A stretch of DNA of 64,000 nt from Alphaproteobacteria bacterium (GCA_965205995.1 OZ242200.1:2073071-2137070); one strand, 5' to 3'. Shown: positions 27,784-37,433, numbered from the stretch's first letter. Numbers and translations: made by a program. Notes: generated by a model from the sequence alone, not told the origin.

Positions 27784-29979
27784 GTGCTGTTCCGATCCCG
27801 GTCGGCCGATCGACCGTTCCATTTCGGCCTCTTTCCGCTGGAGACGCTGCCGCGCGACGAGTCGCTGATCGACGCGGAGGCGGAGCGCCCTCCGGCCGGC
27901 GCCCCGGTGCGCGAGCGGAGCGAGGGCCAGTTCGTCGATGCGCTCGACAAGTTCACCCGGCTCTACGCCGAGTTCGCCGACGCCGATGCGGCGAAGGAGA
28001 AGGCGCCGGTCTCGGACGACCTCGAACGTCGCTCGGTCGACATCAAGGGGGTCGGCTATTTCATGGACGCGAGCCAGGTCGGCATCTGCCGGATCCCGGA
28101 CAATGCCTGGCTCGCCGGCGCCGAGCGCTGCGACCACGATCATGCGATCGTCATCCTCGTCGAGCATTCGCGCGTCGCCGAGGAAGGCAATCTCGCCCGC
28201 GACTGGATGCTTCCGGCGGTCGCCGCCAACGCGGAAATGCGCGCGGCCGAGATCGCCGCCCTGATCGCCGGCCACATCCGGGTCATGGGCCATGGCGCAT
28301 ACATGCACGGCATGGACAAGGAACGCCTCGATGCCGGGCGCCTCGCGGTGCTCGCCGGGCTCGCTATCCGCCAGGGGGAGCGTATCGTCAACCCGTTCGT
28401 CGGCGAGGCGTTTTCGCTCTGCGTGGTCTCGACCGACTACCCACTCGCCGTCGACAAGCCGCTGGCGGCGGGGGCGGTCGGCGCGTCCCGGGGATTCGGC
28501 TACTGGCTCGGGCGCAACGGCGCCCGCTCCGGGCGCGAGCGCAACCGGCGCGCCAGGCGGCGCACCGATCTCGGCCCGTTCGCGATGGAGACCGTCAAGC
28601 GCGTCGACCGGCCGACCACGCTGATCCTCGACGAAGAGGTGCCGCGCGTGCCCAAGCGCGCCGCCTTCTTCGAACGCGCGTTGCAGGGCGATCTCGGGGT
28701 CAAGGCGCAGATGGCGCGGCGGATCTTCTCCTTCAAGCACCCGCTCTCGCTCAGCCAGCTCAAGGTCATCCGCAAGATGGTGCCTTACCAGGACGGTCCG
28801 GTCGCCGAAATCGACAGCGGGCGCTTCGGCGACGCCGAGGCCAATACCAGGGCGCTCAAATCGCTCGCCTATTTCCTCGGCACCGACATCGCCGGCGTGT
28901 GCGAGGTGCCGCGCTATGCCTGGTATTCGCACAAGGAGAACGGCGAGCCGATCGAGCCCTATCACAAATACGCCGTGGTGATGCTGATCGACCAGGGCTT
29001 CGACACGATGGAAGGGGCGAGCGGCGACGACTGGATTTCCGGCGCCCAGTCGATGCGCGCCTATCTCCGGGGGGCGGAGATCGCCTCGGTGATGGCCGAG
29101 CTTCTGCGCGTCAACGGGTTTCCGTCGCGGTCGCAGACCAACGCCGACAGCGACGTGCTGCACATCCCGCTGGTCCTCTGGGCCGGGCTGGGCGAGCTGT
29201 CGCGGATCGGCGAGCTCATCCTCAACCCGTTTCTCGGGCCCCGGCTCAAGACCGTGGTCATGACCACCGACATGCCGCTGGTGCCGGACAAGCCGATCGA
29301 TTTCGGCCTCCAGTATTTCTGCAGCAATTGTTTCAAATGCGCCCGCGAATGCCCCTGCGACGCGATCCCTCTGGGCGACAAGGTGATGTTCAACGGCTAC
29401 GAGATCTGGAAGCCGGATGTCGAACGCTGCACCCGCTACAGGCTCACCAACGTCAAGGGCTCGGCCTGCGGGCGCTGCATGAAGACCTGCCCGCTCAACA
29501 AGGTGGTGGACGCGGACGGCCCGCTGATGACCCGGATGGCGAGCTGGCTCGGCATCAACGCGATGTTCCTCAAACCGCTGATGGTGCCGGTCGCGGCATG
29601 GCTCGACGACGCGCTCGGCAACGGCACGCGCAACCCGCTCAAGAAATGGTGGTTCGACCACGAGGTGGTCGACGGCGTAACCACCGTGCCGAAGGCCACC
29701 AACCAACGGGACATCGACCCGTCGCGCAGTATCGACCCGGCGAAACAGAAGATGGCCTATTACCACGCCAACATGATGCCGCCGCCGGACTCGTCGGAAC
29801 CCTTCGCGGTCGACCGCAAGCAGGCCCTGGCGGCGAAGGACGCGATCGAGACCCCGGCCGAGGCGCGGGCGCGGCTCGCCAACGGCGCCCACACGCCCGG
29901 GCACTACATCCCGACCCCGCCCGCCGGCGCCGCCGATGCGGAGAAGGAGCTGGTCGCGAGCCCCTATGCGAAGGATTAG
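27784..29979 (+). CDS. reductive dehalogenase-like protein (cobalamin-dependent, soluble 'catabolic' RdhA class) with two [4Fe-4S] motifs and a long C-terminal extension
   Basis: CSNCFKCARECP (CxxCxxCxxxCP) followed by C-x12-CGRCMKTCP, the truncated second-cluster arrangement typical of RdhA/QueG. About 730 aa, no TAT signal, no adjacent RdhB anchor. GTG start with AGGGGGA SD. Confidence 0.6.
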   Translation: MLFRSRSADRPFHFGLFPLETLPRDESLIDAEAERPPAGAPVRERSEGQFVDALDKFTRLYAEFADADAAKEKAPVSDDLERRSVDIKGVGYFMDASQVGICRIPDNAWLAGAERCDHDHAIVILVEHSRVAEEGNLARDWMLPAVAANAEMRAAEIAALIAGHIRVMGHGAYMHGMDKERLDAGRLAVLAGLAIRQGERIVNPFVGEAFSLCVVSTDYPLAVDKPLAAGAVGASRGFGYWLGRNGARSGRERNRRARRRTDLGPFAMETVKRVDRPTTLILDEEVPRVPKRAAFFERALQGDLGVKAQMARRIFSFKHPLSLSQLKVIRKMVPYQDGPVAEIDSGRFGDAEANTRALKSLAYFLGTDIAGVCEVPRYAWYSHKENGEPIEPYHKYAVVMLIDQGFDTMEGASGDDWISGAQSMRAYLRGAEIASVMAELLRVNGFPSRSQTNADSDVLHIPLVLWAGLGELSRIGELILNPFLGPRLKTVVMTTDMPLVPDKPIDFGLQYFCSNCFKCARECPCDAIPLGDKVMFNGYEIWKPDVERCTRYRLTNVKGSACGRCMKTCPLNKVVDADGPLMTRMASWLGINAMFLKPLMVPVAAWLDDALGNGTRNPLKKWWFDHEVVDGVTTVPKATNQRDIDPSRSIDPAKQKMAYYHANMMPPPDSSEPFAVDRKQALAAKDAIETPAEARARLANGAHTPGHYIPTPPAGAADAEKELVASPYAKD

Positions 29980-30025
29980 GGCGTGTCCGTTTTGGATGGA
30001 ACCGCTGCGGCGGCTGAAGCACGCC

Positions 30026-30107
30026 CCTTCGATACGGCGCTTCGCGCCTACTCAGGGTGAGGGATTTTTTCCTCATCCCGAGTAGGCCCGAAGGGCCGTA
30101 TCGAGGG
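30026..30107. repeat. palindromic intergenic repeat, copy B (37-bp arms separated by gatttttt), 47 bp downstream of the RdhA-like stop
   Basis: Arms ccttcgatacggcgcttcgcgcctactcagggtgagg / cctcatcccgagtaggcccgaagggccgtatcgaggg read directly. Can form a long hairpin and may double as a terminator. Confidence 0.85.
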
Positions 30108-30172
30108 ACGGCCCGCCGCCACGTTTCCATCCAACACGGATAGGCTCTAGGCCCCTCGCCGCGGCCCGCGCC

Positions 30173-31006
30173 ATGCCTCTCGTCGACTGCGACGGCCGCA
30201 GGGTGAGCTACGAGGCCGGCGGACCGGCGGACGGCGCCGCGCCGCTTCTTGTGCTCCAGCCGCCCGGCGCCAGCGGCGCGGCGATCTGGCGGCCCATCGC
30301 GGCGGCGTTGCAGGACCGGTTCCGCATTGCCGCGGTCAACCCCTCGGCCTATGGCGATACCGAGGCCTTTGCCGGCCCGGCGCCGATGACGATCCGGGAC
30401 GAGGCGGCGGCGACCGCCGCCGCGATCCGCGCCGAGTTGCCGGAAGGCGGCAGGGCGCGCGCCCATATCGTCGGCCATTCCTATGGCGGCACGATCGCGC
30501 TGGTGCTGGCCCTCGATTGGCCGGGGTTGGTGGACCGGCTGACCCTGCTCGAGCCCGCGCCCTACAAGCTGCTGCGCGAGGCCGGCGAGACCGCTTTTGC
30601 CGAGGAGATCGGCGCGCGCAACCGGGATTTCATCGAGACCGTGCGCGCCGGCGGGCTCAACGACGCGGCGATGGAAGACTATCTCGATTATTTCAATGAC
30701 CGACCGGGATACTGGCGGAGCCTGGACGAGGAGACGCGGACCCGGATGCTGGCCTTGGCGGAGCGCCTGGCCGTCGGGCTCGACGCGGTGCGGCGGCTGA
30801 AAATGCGCCGCGCCGACCTCGCCGCGATCTCGGTCCCGGTCACCGTGATCCGGGGCGGCGCGACCGATCCGCTGCACGCGAGGCTGTCCGAACTGGTCGC
30901 CGGGGCGATCCCGGGCGCCGCGCTCACCGACCTGCCGGGCGCCGGCCACATGATGACCCTGACCCACGGCCCGGCGATCGCCGAGATGCTGCGAAGAATA
31001 GCGTAG
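30173..31006 (+). CDS. alpha/beta-fold hydrolase
   Basis: GHSYGG nucleophile elbow, 277 aa. Confidence 0.8.
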   Translation: MPLVDCDGRRVSYEAGGPADGAAPLLVLQPPGASGAAIWRPIAAALQDRFRIAAVNPSAYGDTEAFAGPAPMTIRDEAAATAAAIRAELPEGGRARAHIVGHSYGGTIALVLALDWPGLVDRLTLLEPAPYKLLREAGETAFAEEIGARNRDFIETVRAGGLNDAAMEDYLDYFNDRPGYWRSLDEETRTRMLALAERLAVGLDAVRRLKMRRADLAAISVPVTVIRGGATDPLHARLSELVAGAIPGAALTDLPGAGHMMTLTHGPAIAEMLRRIA

Positions 31007-31014
31007 GTCGGGGG

Positions 31015-32247
31015 TCACCCGCCGGAGGAACCCCGCCGCGGCGCCATGAAGGGGAGCGCGCAGAAAAAGCTCAGCAATGCCATCGAACCCATCGTCAGGA
31101 AGGCGAACCCCCAGGCGTTCGAGCCGCCCAGCGGCGCGGCCAGATCGAGGACCAGCCCCACCAGCGCCGGCGCGAACAGGGATCCGCTGAACCCGAATAT
31201 CGAGTGCACCGCGAGCGTCGCGCCGCGATGGCCCACCGGAGACGTCGCGACCGCGCCGGCGGTCAGCGCCGCCGAATCTGCCTGGATCGCGGCGGAATAG
31301 AGCAGACACAGGAAAGCCGCGATGGCGAAGGGGAGCGTGGAGGAAAACCCGGTTGCGACGCCTATCCCGAAGGTCCCCAGCATGACCCAGGCGATCAGGC
31401 GCGCACGCCCGACGCGCATTGCGATTTCCGCGCCGGCGATGCTGGAAACCACCGAGACGAGGGCGAACAGGGTGGCAAAGAGCGTGGCGTCGAGCTCGAA
31501 CGAGGCGCCGCTGCCGAGGCAGAACACCAGGAACGGGACGATCCAGGAGCGCATGGCGAACAGCTCGGCCCCGTGGCCGGCATAGGCGACGATGTAGCCC
31601 ATCGTCTCGCGCGAGCGCAGAACCGGACGGAAGTCCAGCATATGGCTGCGTTCTTCGGCGGCCGCTTCGGGCGACCGCGGCACGATTGCCGCCGCCAGGA
31701 GAAGAGCGGACAGCGCCGGCCCCGCGGCCGTGAACAGAAACGCGCCGCGCCATCCAAACCACTCCAGGGCAACGCCCGCGAGCGAATAGGAGAGCGCGGT
31801 GCCGACGCTGAAGCTCGCGGTATAAAATGCGACCGCCCGCGCGTGTCGGGCCTGCGGCAGCCGGTCGGTGAGCATCTTGAGGCCCGGCATGTAGCTGCCC
31901 GCGAGACCGGCGCCGGCGATCACGCGCCACGGCAAGGCGGACCAGAACCCGTTCGCGAAGAGCGCCAACCCCGCCAGGCCGAAGGCGGAGAGCATCGCAC
32001 CCAGAATGACGATATGGCGGGCATCGACCCGGTCGGTCATCGCGGAAAGAAACGGGACCGCGAGGACATAGCCGCCGAAAAACGCACCGGACAGCCAGCC
32101 GGCCATGGCGTTGCTCATATGCCAGGCGGGCTGCAGCACCGGCAGCAGCGACCAATACGCCGCGAAACCGGCCATCGTCAGCACTTCGGCCAGGCACACC
32201 ACGGCGATCAGGGTCGACGGGCGTCGCAAGGCGGTGGGGGCGGTCAC
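31015..32247 (-). CDS. MFS transporter
   Basis: 12 predicted hydrophobic segments. GTG start at 32247 chosen to avoid overlap with the upstream thioesterase gene. Confidence 0.75.
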   Translation of the reverse strand: MTAPTALRRPSTLIAVVCLAEVLTMAGFAAYWSLLPVLQPAWHMSNAMAGWLSGAFFGGYVLAVPFLSAMTDRVDARHIVILGAMLSAFGLAGLALFANGFWSALPWRVIAGAGLAGSYMPGLKMLTDRLPQARHARAVAFYTASFSVGTALSYSLAGVALEWFGWRGAFLFTAAGPALSALLLAAAIVPRSPEAAAEERSHMLDFRPVLRSRETMGYIVAYAGHGAELFAMRSWIVPFLVFCLGSGASFELDATLFATLFALVSVVSSIAGAEIAMRVGRARLIAWVMLGTFGIGVATGFSSTLPFAIAAFLCLLYSAAIQADSAALTAGAVATSPVGHRGATLAVHSIFGFSGSLFAPALVGLVLDLAAPLGGSNAWGFAFLTMGSMALLSFFCALPFMAPRRGSSGG

Positions 32248-32264
32248 CGCATCGAAGGGGCGCC

Positions 32265-32696
32265 TCAACCCCTCGCCCGCCAGACCCGCGCGGTGCCGCT
32301 GGCCGTGGCGAGCACCGCACCCTCGGGATCCAGCAATCGGCCTTCCATGAAGCAGATCGTCTTGCCGGCGCGCACCGGCCAGCCTTCGCCGATCAGCCGG
32401 CCGGGCCTGGCGGGGGCAAGAAAGGTGGTCTTCATTTCGAGCGTCGGCACGCGGTAGTCGGGGCCGATCCTGGCGAGCGCGGCGAACGACATCGCCATGT
32501 CGAGCATGGCCGACACCATGCCGCCCTGGAGCACGCCGAGCATGTTGCAGAACTCGTCTCTCCCCTCGAAATCGATCTTGAACACGCCGCTGGCGGCATC
32601 GCAGGCGATGACTTGCGCGCCGAGGAGAGCCGTGACCGGCGTCTCCTCGAACAGGCGCTGCACCCAAAGCGGGTATTCTTCCGGCAAGGCGTCCAT
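32265..32696 (-). CDS. PaaI/hotdog-fold thioesterase
   Basis: 143 aa whose pattern (GVLQGGMVSAMLDMAMSFAA) is typical of thioesterase-superfamily proteins. Confidence 0.7.
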   Translation of the reverse strand: MDALPEEYPLWVQRLFEETPVTALLGAQVIACDAASGVFKIDFEGRDEFCNMLGVLQGGMVSAMLDMAMSFAALARIGPDYRVPTLEMKTTFLAPARPGRLIGEGWPVRAGKTICFMEGRLLDPEGAVLATASGTARVWRARG

Positions 32697-32758
32697 CTCC
32701 CTAAACTAGACATTCGACGAGGCGCGCAAAACCGGGGCGCGGAACCAAGGGGGCTGGC

Positions 32759-34189
32759 ATGGGCGACGAACTCTGGCGCTGGACGGCGGAGGCGCTGGTC
32801 CGCGGAATCCGGACGCGCGCGATCTCGAGCCGCGAGGCGACCGAGAGCTGCCTCGCCAGGCTCGATGCGGTCAACCCGCGCATCAACGCCGTGGTCGACC
32901 CGCTGGCCGACGAGGCGCTGGCCGCCGCCGACCGGGCGGACGAGGCGATCCGCCGCGGCGAGGCGCCGGGCGTGCTCCACGGGGTGCCGGTGACGGTCAA
33001 GATCAATGTCGACTATGCCGGCCGCGCGACCACCAACGGGGTGACCGCCTTCGCCAACATGGCCGCCGAAGAGGACAGCGTCTCGGTCGCCAATCTGCGC
33101 AAGGCGGGGGCGGTGATCCTCGGGCGGACCAACGTACCCGGCTTCTCCACCCGATACTTCACCGACAACGATTTGCACGGTCGGACGCTCAACCCGTGGG
33201 ATGCGGGACGCACGCCGGGAGGATCGAGCGGCGGGGCGGCGGCCGCGGTCGCCACCGGCATCGGCCCGATCGGCCACGGCAACGACCGCGCCGGATCGGT
33301 CCGCTACCCGGCTTTTGCCTGCGGCGTCGCGGGTCTCCGCCCCAGCCTCGGAAGGGTGCCCGACTTCAACCCGTCGGCCACCGAGGAGCGCGGCATCTCC
33401 TCGCAGATGGCGAATGTCCAGGGCCCGCTCGCCCGCACCGTCGGGGATATCCGCCTCGGCCTGGAGGCGCTGGCCGCGCCCGACCCCCGCGATCCGTGGT
33501 TGGTCCCGGTGCCGCTCGCCGCCCACCCCCCGGCGGCGCGCGGCCGCGCCGCCATCCTGTCGTCTTCGCCGGGGGTGAACGCCGATCCGGCGGTGACCGA
33601 GGCGGTGCGCCAGTCGGGCGCCTGGCTCGAGGACGCCGGCTACGACGTCGAGGAGGCGGCGCCGCCCCGGCTCGACGAGGCCTCGGGGCTGTTCTGGCCG
33701 ATCCTGATGGCCGAGGAGCGCGCGGCGACCCCCGCCGAACGCTCCGCCTCGTCGAGCGGGATCGAACGCTTCGGCGACGCGGCGGTGAAACGCGCCCGCG
33801 CGTCGGTCCGCGCCTATGCGGGCGACCTCGACTACGACACCTATGTCCGTTCGCTCGCCTCCCGAACGACCATGCTGCGCGAATGGTACGCCTTCTTCGA
33901 ACGCTACCCGATCCTCGTCATGCCGGTTTCGTGGCAGCGCCCCTACCCCATCGACCACGACCAGAAAGGCGATGACGCGGTGCGGGAAATGCTCGACGCG
34001 CACCGGCCGATGCTGGCGATCTCGCTGCTCGGCCTGCCGGGGCTCTCGGTGCCGGTGAGCCTCGCCGGCGGGGTTCCGGTCGGGGTGCAGATCGTCTCCG
34101 CCAGGTTCGGCGAGGAACGCCTGCTGGCAGCCGGCGAGACGATCGAGGCGCGCTCCCCCATCGATACGCCGATCGACCCCAGAGGCTGA
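32759..34189 (+). CDS. amidase-signature (Ser-cisSer-Lys) family amidase
   Basis: GGSSGGAAAAVA and GHGNDRAGSVRYPAFACGVAGLRPS signature. Confidence 0.9.
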   Translation: MGDELWRWTAEALVRGIRTRAISSREATESCLARLDAVNPRINAVVDPLADEALAAADRADEAIRRGEAPGVLHGVPVTVKINVDYAGRATTNGVTAFANMAAEEDSVSVANLRKAGAVILGRTNVPGFSTRYFTDNDLHGRTLNPWDAGRTPGGSSGGAAAAVATGIGPIGHGNDRAGSVRYPAFACGVAGLRPSLGRVPDFNPSATEERGISSQMANVQGPLARTVGDIRLGLEALAAPDPRDPWLVPVPLAAHPPAARGRAAILSSSPGVNADPAVTEAVRQSGAWLEDAGYDVEEAAPPRLDEASGLFWPILMAEERAATPAERSASSSGIERFGDAAVKRARASVRAYAGDLDYDTYVRSLASRTTMLREWYAFFERYPILVMPVSWQRPYPIDHDQKGDDAVREMLDAHRPMLAISLLGLPGLSVPVSLAGGVPVGVQIVSARFGEERLLAAGETIEARSPIDTPIDPRG

Positions 34190-34199
34190 GGAGAACGCG

Positions 34200-34397
34200 A
34201 TGGCCGACCAGGATGCGATGTTCGAGGCGCTGATCGACGCGTCGGGCGTGCCGGTCTCGGAAGACGAGAAGGCGGATCTGCGGGCGACCTACACCACGCT
34301 GATGACGCTCGCCGCGCGCACCCGCCGGAAGGGGCGCAGCTGGGAGGTCCGGACGCTGCCCCATTACACGCCGCCGGTCCCGGCCGATGACCGCTGA
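34200..34397 (+). CDS. small protein (65 aa) between two amidase genes; possible GatC/AtzG-like amidase partner
   Basis: ATG 11 nt after the upstream stop and 3' overlap with the next amidase. Acidic helical N-half (SEDEKADLRATY) loosely reminiscent of GatC. Confidence 0.45.
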   Translation: MADQDAMFEALIDASGVPVSEDEKADLRATYTTLMTLAARTRRKGRSWEVRTLPHYTPPVPADDR

Positions 34398-35784
34398 GCT
34401 GCCGACAATCGCGGCGGCCGCGCGCGGCTTCCGCGACGGCACGCTGTCGCCGGTCGATCTCACCGCGCTCTGCCTGGAGCGCATCGGACGCTACGACCGC
34501 CACCTCCACGCCTACCACGCGGTGTTTGCCGACGAGGCGATGGCGGCGGCGCGGGCGGCCGAGGACGCGCTCGGCCGGGGCGACGATCTCGGCCCGCTGC
34601 ACGGCATCCCGATCGCGCTCAAGGACGTCTTCTACTGGCGGGGCAAGAAGACCAGCTCGAACTCGCGCGTCATGCTCGACTTCGAGGCCGGCGAGGACGC
34701 GGGCGTCATTACCCGGCTCAAGGCGGCCGGCGCGGTTCTCCTCGGCCAGCTCAACACCTACGAGTTCACCTTCGGCGGCAGGCCGTCGACCGAGCCGCCC
34801 TTCCCGCCGGCGCTGAACCCGTGGAATACCGGGCGGATCACCGGCGGGTCGTCGAGCGGGTCGGGAGCGGCGGTCGCCGCCGGGCTCTGCCTCGGCGCGC
34901 TCGGCACCGATGCCGGGGGCTCGATCCGGCTGCCGGCGGCGTTCTGCGGCATCGCCGGGCTGAAACCCACCATCGGCCGGGTCAGCGCCTATGGCGATAT
35001 GCCGCTCACCTATTCCTTCGACTGCGTGGGGCCGATGGCGTGGACCAGCGAGGACGCCGCGATCATGCTCCAGGCGCTGGCCGGCCACGACCCGCGCGAC
35101 ACGATGAGCGCGGATGTCGCGGTGCCCGACTACGTCGCCGGGCTGGAAGACGGCGTGAAGGGGCTGAGGGTCGGGCTGATCCGGCATTTCTACACCGCCG
35201 ATTTCGCATCGCCTCCGGAGATCGTCGCCGCAATTGACGGGGTGGCGGAGACCCTCGCCGGGCTGGGCGCCGAAATGGAGGAAGTATCGGTCTCGCCGCT
35301 GGTCGACTGGCATGCGGTGGGGCGCGTCCTGGTGCCGGCCGAGGCCTTCGCGATCCACGAGGAACGGCTGCAAACCCGCTGGGACGACTATGGGCGGCTC
35401 GCGCGCAACCGGCTGATGCTCGGGAGCCTGTTCCGCGCCGTCGATTACATCCAGGCGCAGCGTCGGCGGACCGAGCTGCTGGCCGAGCTCGAAGCGGTGC
35501 TCGCGCGCTGCGATATCGTGGTCACCACCGGCACGCTGACCCCGACGCCGCCGCTCGACGACACCGAACCCTTCCCCTTCATCGACGTGCCGACCATCGG
35601 CATTCCGTTCAACCTGACCGCCCATCCCTGCCATGCAATTCGGGCGGGCTTCTTCGCGGACGGGATGCCGATCGGCGCGCAGATTGCCGGGCGGCACTGG
35701 GACGAGGCGACGGTGCTGCGGGCGGCGCACGCGTTCGAGCGCGCCGCCGGCCTCCTCGACCGGAGACCGCCGCTCGACGGTTGA
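34387..35784 (+). CDS. amidase-signature family amidase (AtzE/GatA-like)
   Basis: GGSSSGSGAAVAAGL and GTDAGGSIRLPAAFCGIAGLKPT signature, 465 aa. Confidence 0.9.
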   Translation: MTAELPTIAAAARGFRDGTLSPVDLTALCLERIGRYDRHLHAYHAVFADEAMAAARAAEDALGRGDDLGPLHGIPIALKDVFYWRGKKTSSNSRVMLDFEAGEDAGVITRLKAAGAVLLGQLNTYEFTFGGRPSTEPPFPPALNPWNTGRITGGSSSGSGAAVAAGLCLGALGTDAGGSIRLPAAFCGIAGLKPTIGRVSAYGDMPLTYSFDCVGPMAWTSEDAAIMLQALAGHDPRDTMSADVAVPDYVAGLEDGVKGLRVGLIRHFYTADFASPPEIVAAIDGVAETLAGLGAEMEEVSVSPLVDWHAVGRVLVPAEAFAIHEERLQTRWDDYGRLARNRLMLGSLFRAVDYIQAQRRRTELLAELEAVLARCDIVVTTGTLTPTPPLDDTEPFPFIDVPTIGIPFNLTAHPCHAIRAGFFADGMPIGAQIAGRHWDEATVLRAAHAFERAAGLLDRRPPLDG

Positions 35785-35803
35785 GGCCGCCGGGCGGCCC
35801 GGC

Positions 35804-36208
35804 TCAGGCGAAAACCAGGCTGATTTCGGGGATCAGGATCAGCAGCACGGTGACCGCCAGCATGACCACGGCGAATGGCGCCGCGCCGAGAAAAATCTGG
35901 TTCAGCGTGATCCGCTCGTCGTCCAGCGTGGATTTGACGACATAGCAGGTTATGCCGAGCGGCGGCGTCAACAAGCCAATCTCGACCGCGATGACCGTCA
36001 CGATTCCGAACCAGACCGGATCGCCGCCGAACTGGAACAGCACCGGCAAAGCGAGCGGCAGGACGATGAGCATGATGGATATGGAATCGAGAATCATGCC
36101 AAGCAGAATCAGGAGAACCAGGTAGAGCGCGATAAACCCCGCGAAACCCAATCCGGTGGAGCCGATGAACTCCCCCGTCTGCTGCGGCAGCCCCGACAAT
36201 GCCAGCAT
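35804..36208 (-). pseudogene. C-terminal remnant (about 150 aa) of a TRAP DctM large permease
   Basis: Matches only the last third of the intact DctM copies at 12570..13877 and 40794..42107 (..DPVWFGIVTVIAVEIGLLTPPLG..). The frame upstream switches into DctP sequence at about 36270..36300. Confidence 0.75.
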
Positions 36209-36269
36209 TCGGGCATAGACATTGGCGGCGAGGATCAGGAACAGGATCGAGACCGTGATATGGCCGGTC

Positions 36270-37240
36270 GCCGGCGACGTTGGGCACCCGACCCATGGAC
36301 TGGGCCCAGTTCTTCCGTTCGGCTTCCGGCAGCGTGCTGACGATCGCCCCCTGCTTGGTCATCAGGCCGAGGAACTTCTCGGCGTTCTTGGCAACGATCC
36401 CGCCCTGGACCCGCGCGTATTCCTTGCCAAGATCGGTGAAAATGTCGCGGATATAGGCCGGCAGGGAGTTCCACGTGTCCTTGTTCATCGTGAGCCCGCC
36501 GGAAATCGGCCCGCCCATGTCGACCACCGTGATGAATTTACCGACCTCGTGCAGCTTGAACGGGAACATGCCGGTGGTGATCGTGATGCCGCCATCGGCG
36601 ATACCCGTCTTCACCCCGTTGTAGTAGACCGTGAGACCGCCATTGATCCCGACGGCTCCGGTTCCTTTCAGCCAGCCGGCTGAAGCGCCCGGGGCGTAGA
36701 TTTTCCTGCCCTTGAGGTCAGCGAGCGATTTCACCGGAAACTTGGTGAAAATATTGTAGGTATCGGCCACCTGAATGCCGAGCATGACCTGGTTGTACTT
36801 GTCCCAGGACGCGTTCAGGGCCGGAACCTTCTCGTGCAATTCCTCGCCGATCTCGATCAGCGCCTTCACGTCCCCGGTCGCAAACGGCGTATAGAAGGTC
36901 ACGTTCATCAGCGGCATCTTGACCGGCTCCCAGAGGGTGCCGACCCAGCCGATATCGGCGAGACCCTTCTCTACCCCTTCGAGCGTGTTCTTGAAGTTGT
37001 AGAGCGCCCCGGCATAGGCCTCGGTCCATTGGATGGTATCGCCCTTTCCCGCCGCGGCGACCCGTTTCGCCGCCTCCGGAACCACCAGATTCTTGATGGT
37101 TGCGACCCATGGCACGATGGGCGGATGGCTCGATCCGGCCGTGAGCTTCTACACTTTCGCCGAAATCGGCGAGGACATGAGCATGGCCGCGCCGAGAGCG
37201 GCGATCGCACACAGGCAAGCGGATTTCCTCGTTACAAATT
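36270..37240 (-). pseudogene. TRAP DctP-family solute-binding protein gene inactivated by an in-frame TAG (37149..37151), a likely start-codon loss (GTA at 37233..37235 after a GGAAAGGGA SD) and a 3' deletion fusing it to the dctM remnant
   Basis: Signal peptide TRKSACLCAIAALGAAMLMSSPISAKV, then TAG, then in-frame DctP body (KLTAGSSHPPIVPWVATIKN...LPEAERKNWAQSM) read directly. Confidence 0.7.
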
Positions 37241-37433
37241 CCCTTTCCGTTGGGTAATGGTCTCAACTTGTGTTGTGGGGTGGGGCGCAGATATTCGCCT
37301 CGGCGCATCGTAGCGACCGCGCAACGGCCGGCCAATGCGATTCTGAACGGCGTAGACGCCGGGGCGGCGAACGGGGCTTCGACATTCCGCCTTGTCTCGC
37401 AGAAGATACCCTTGGGATTTCAGGGAGGCAGGG

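Noticed and set aside
35445-37115. 556-aa ORF read as a single gene
   Set aside because: It is a chimera of the dctP pseudogene body and antisense junk that runs into the amidase gene. Only the DctP-like portion is real
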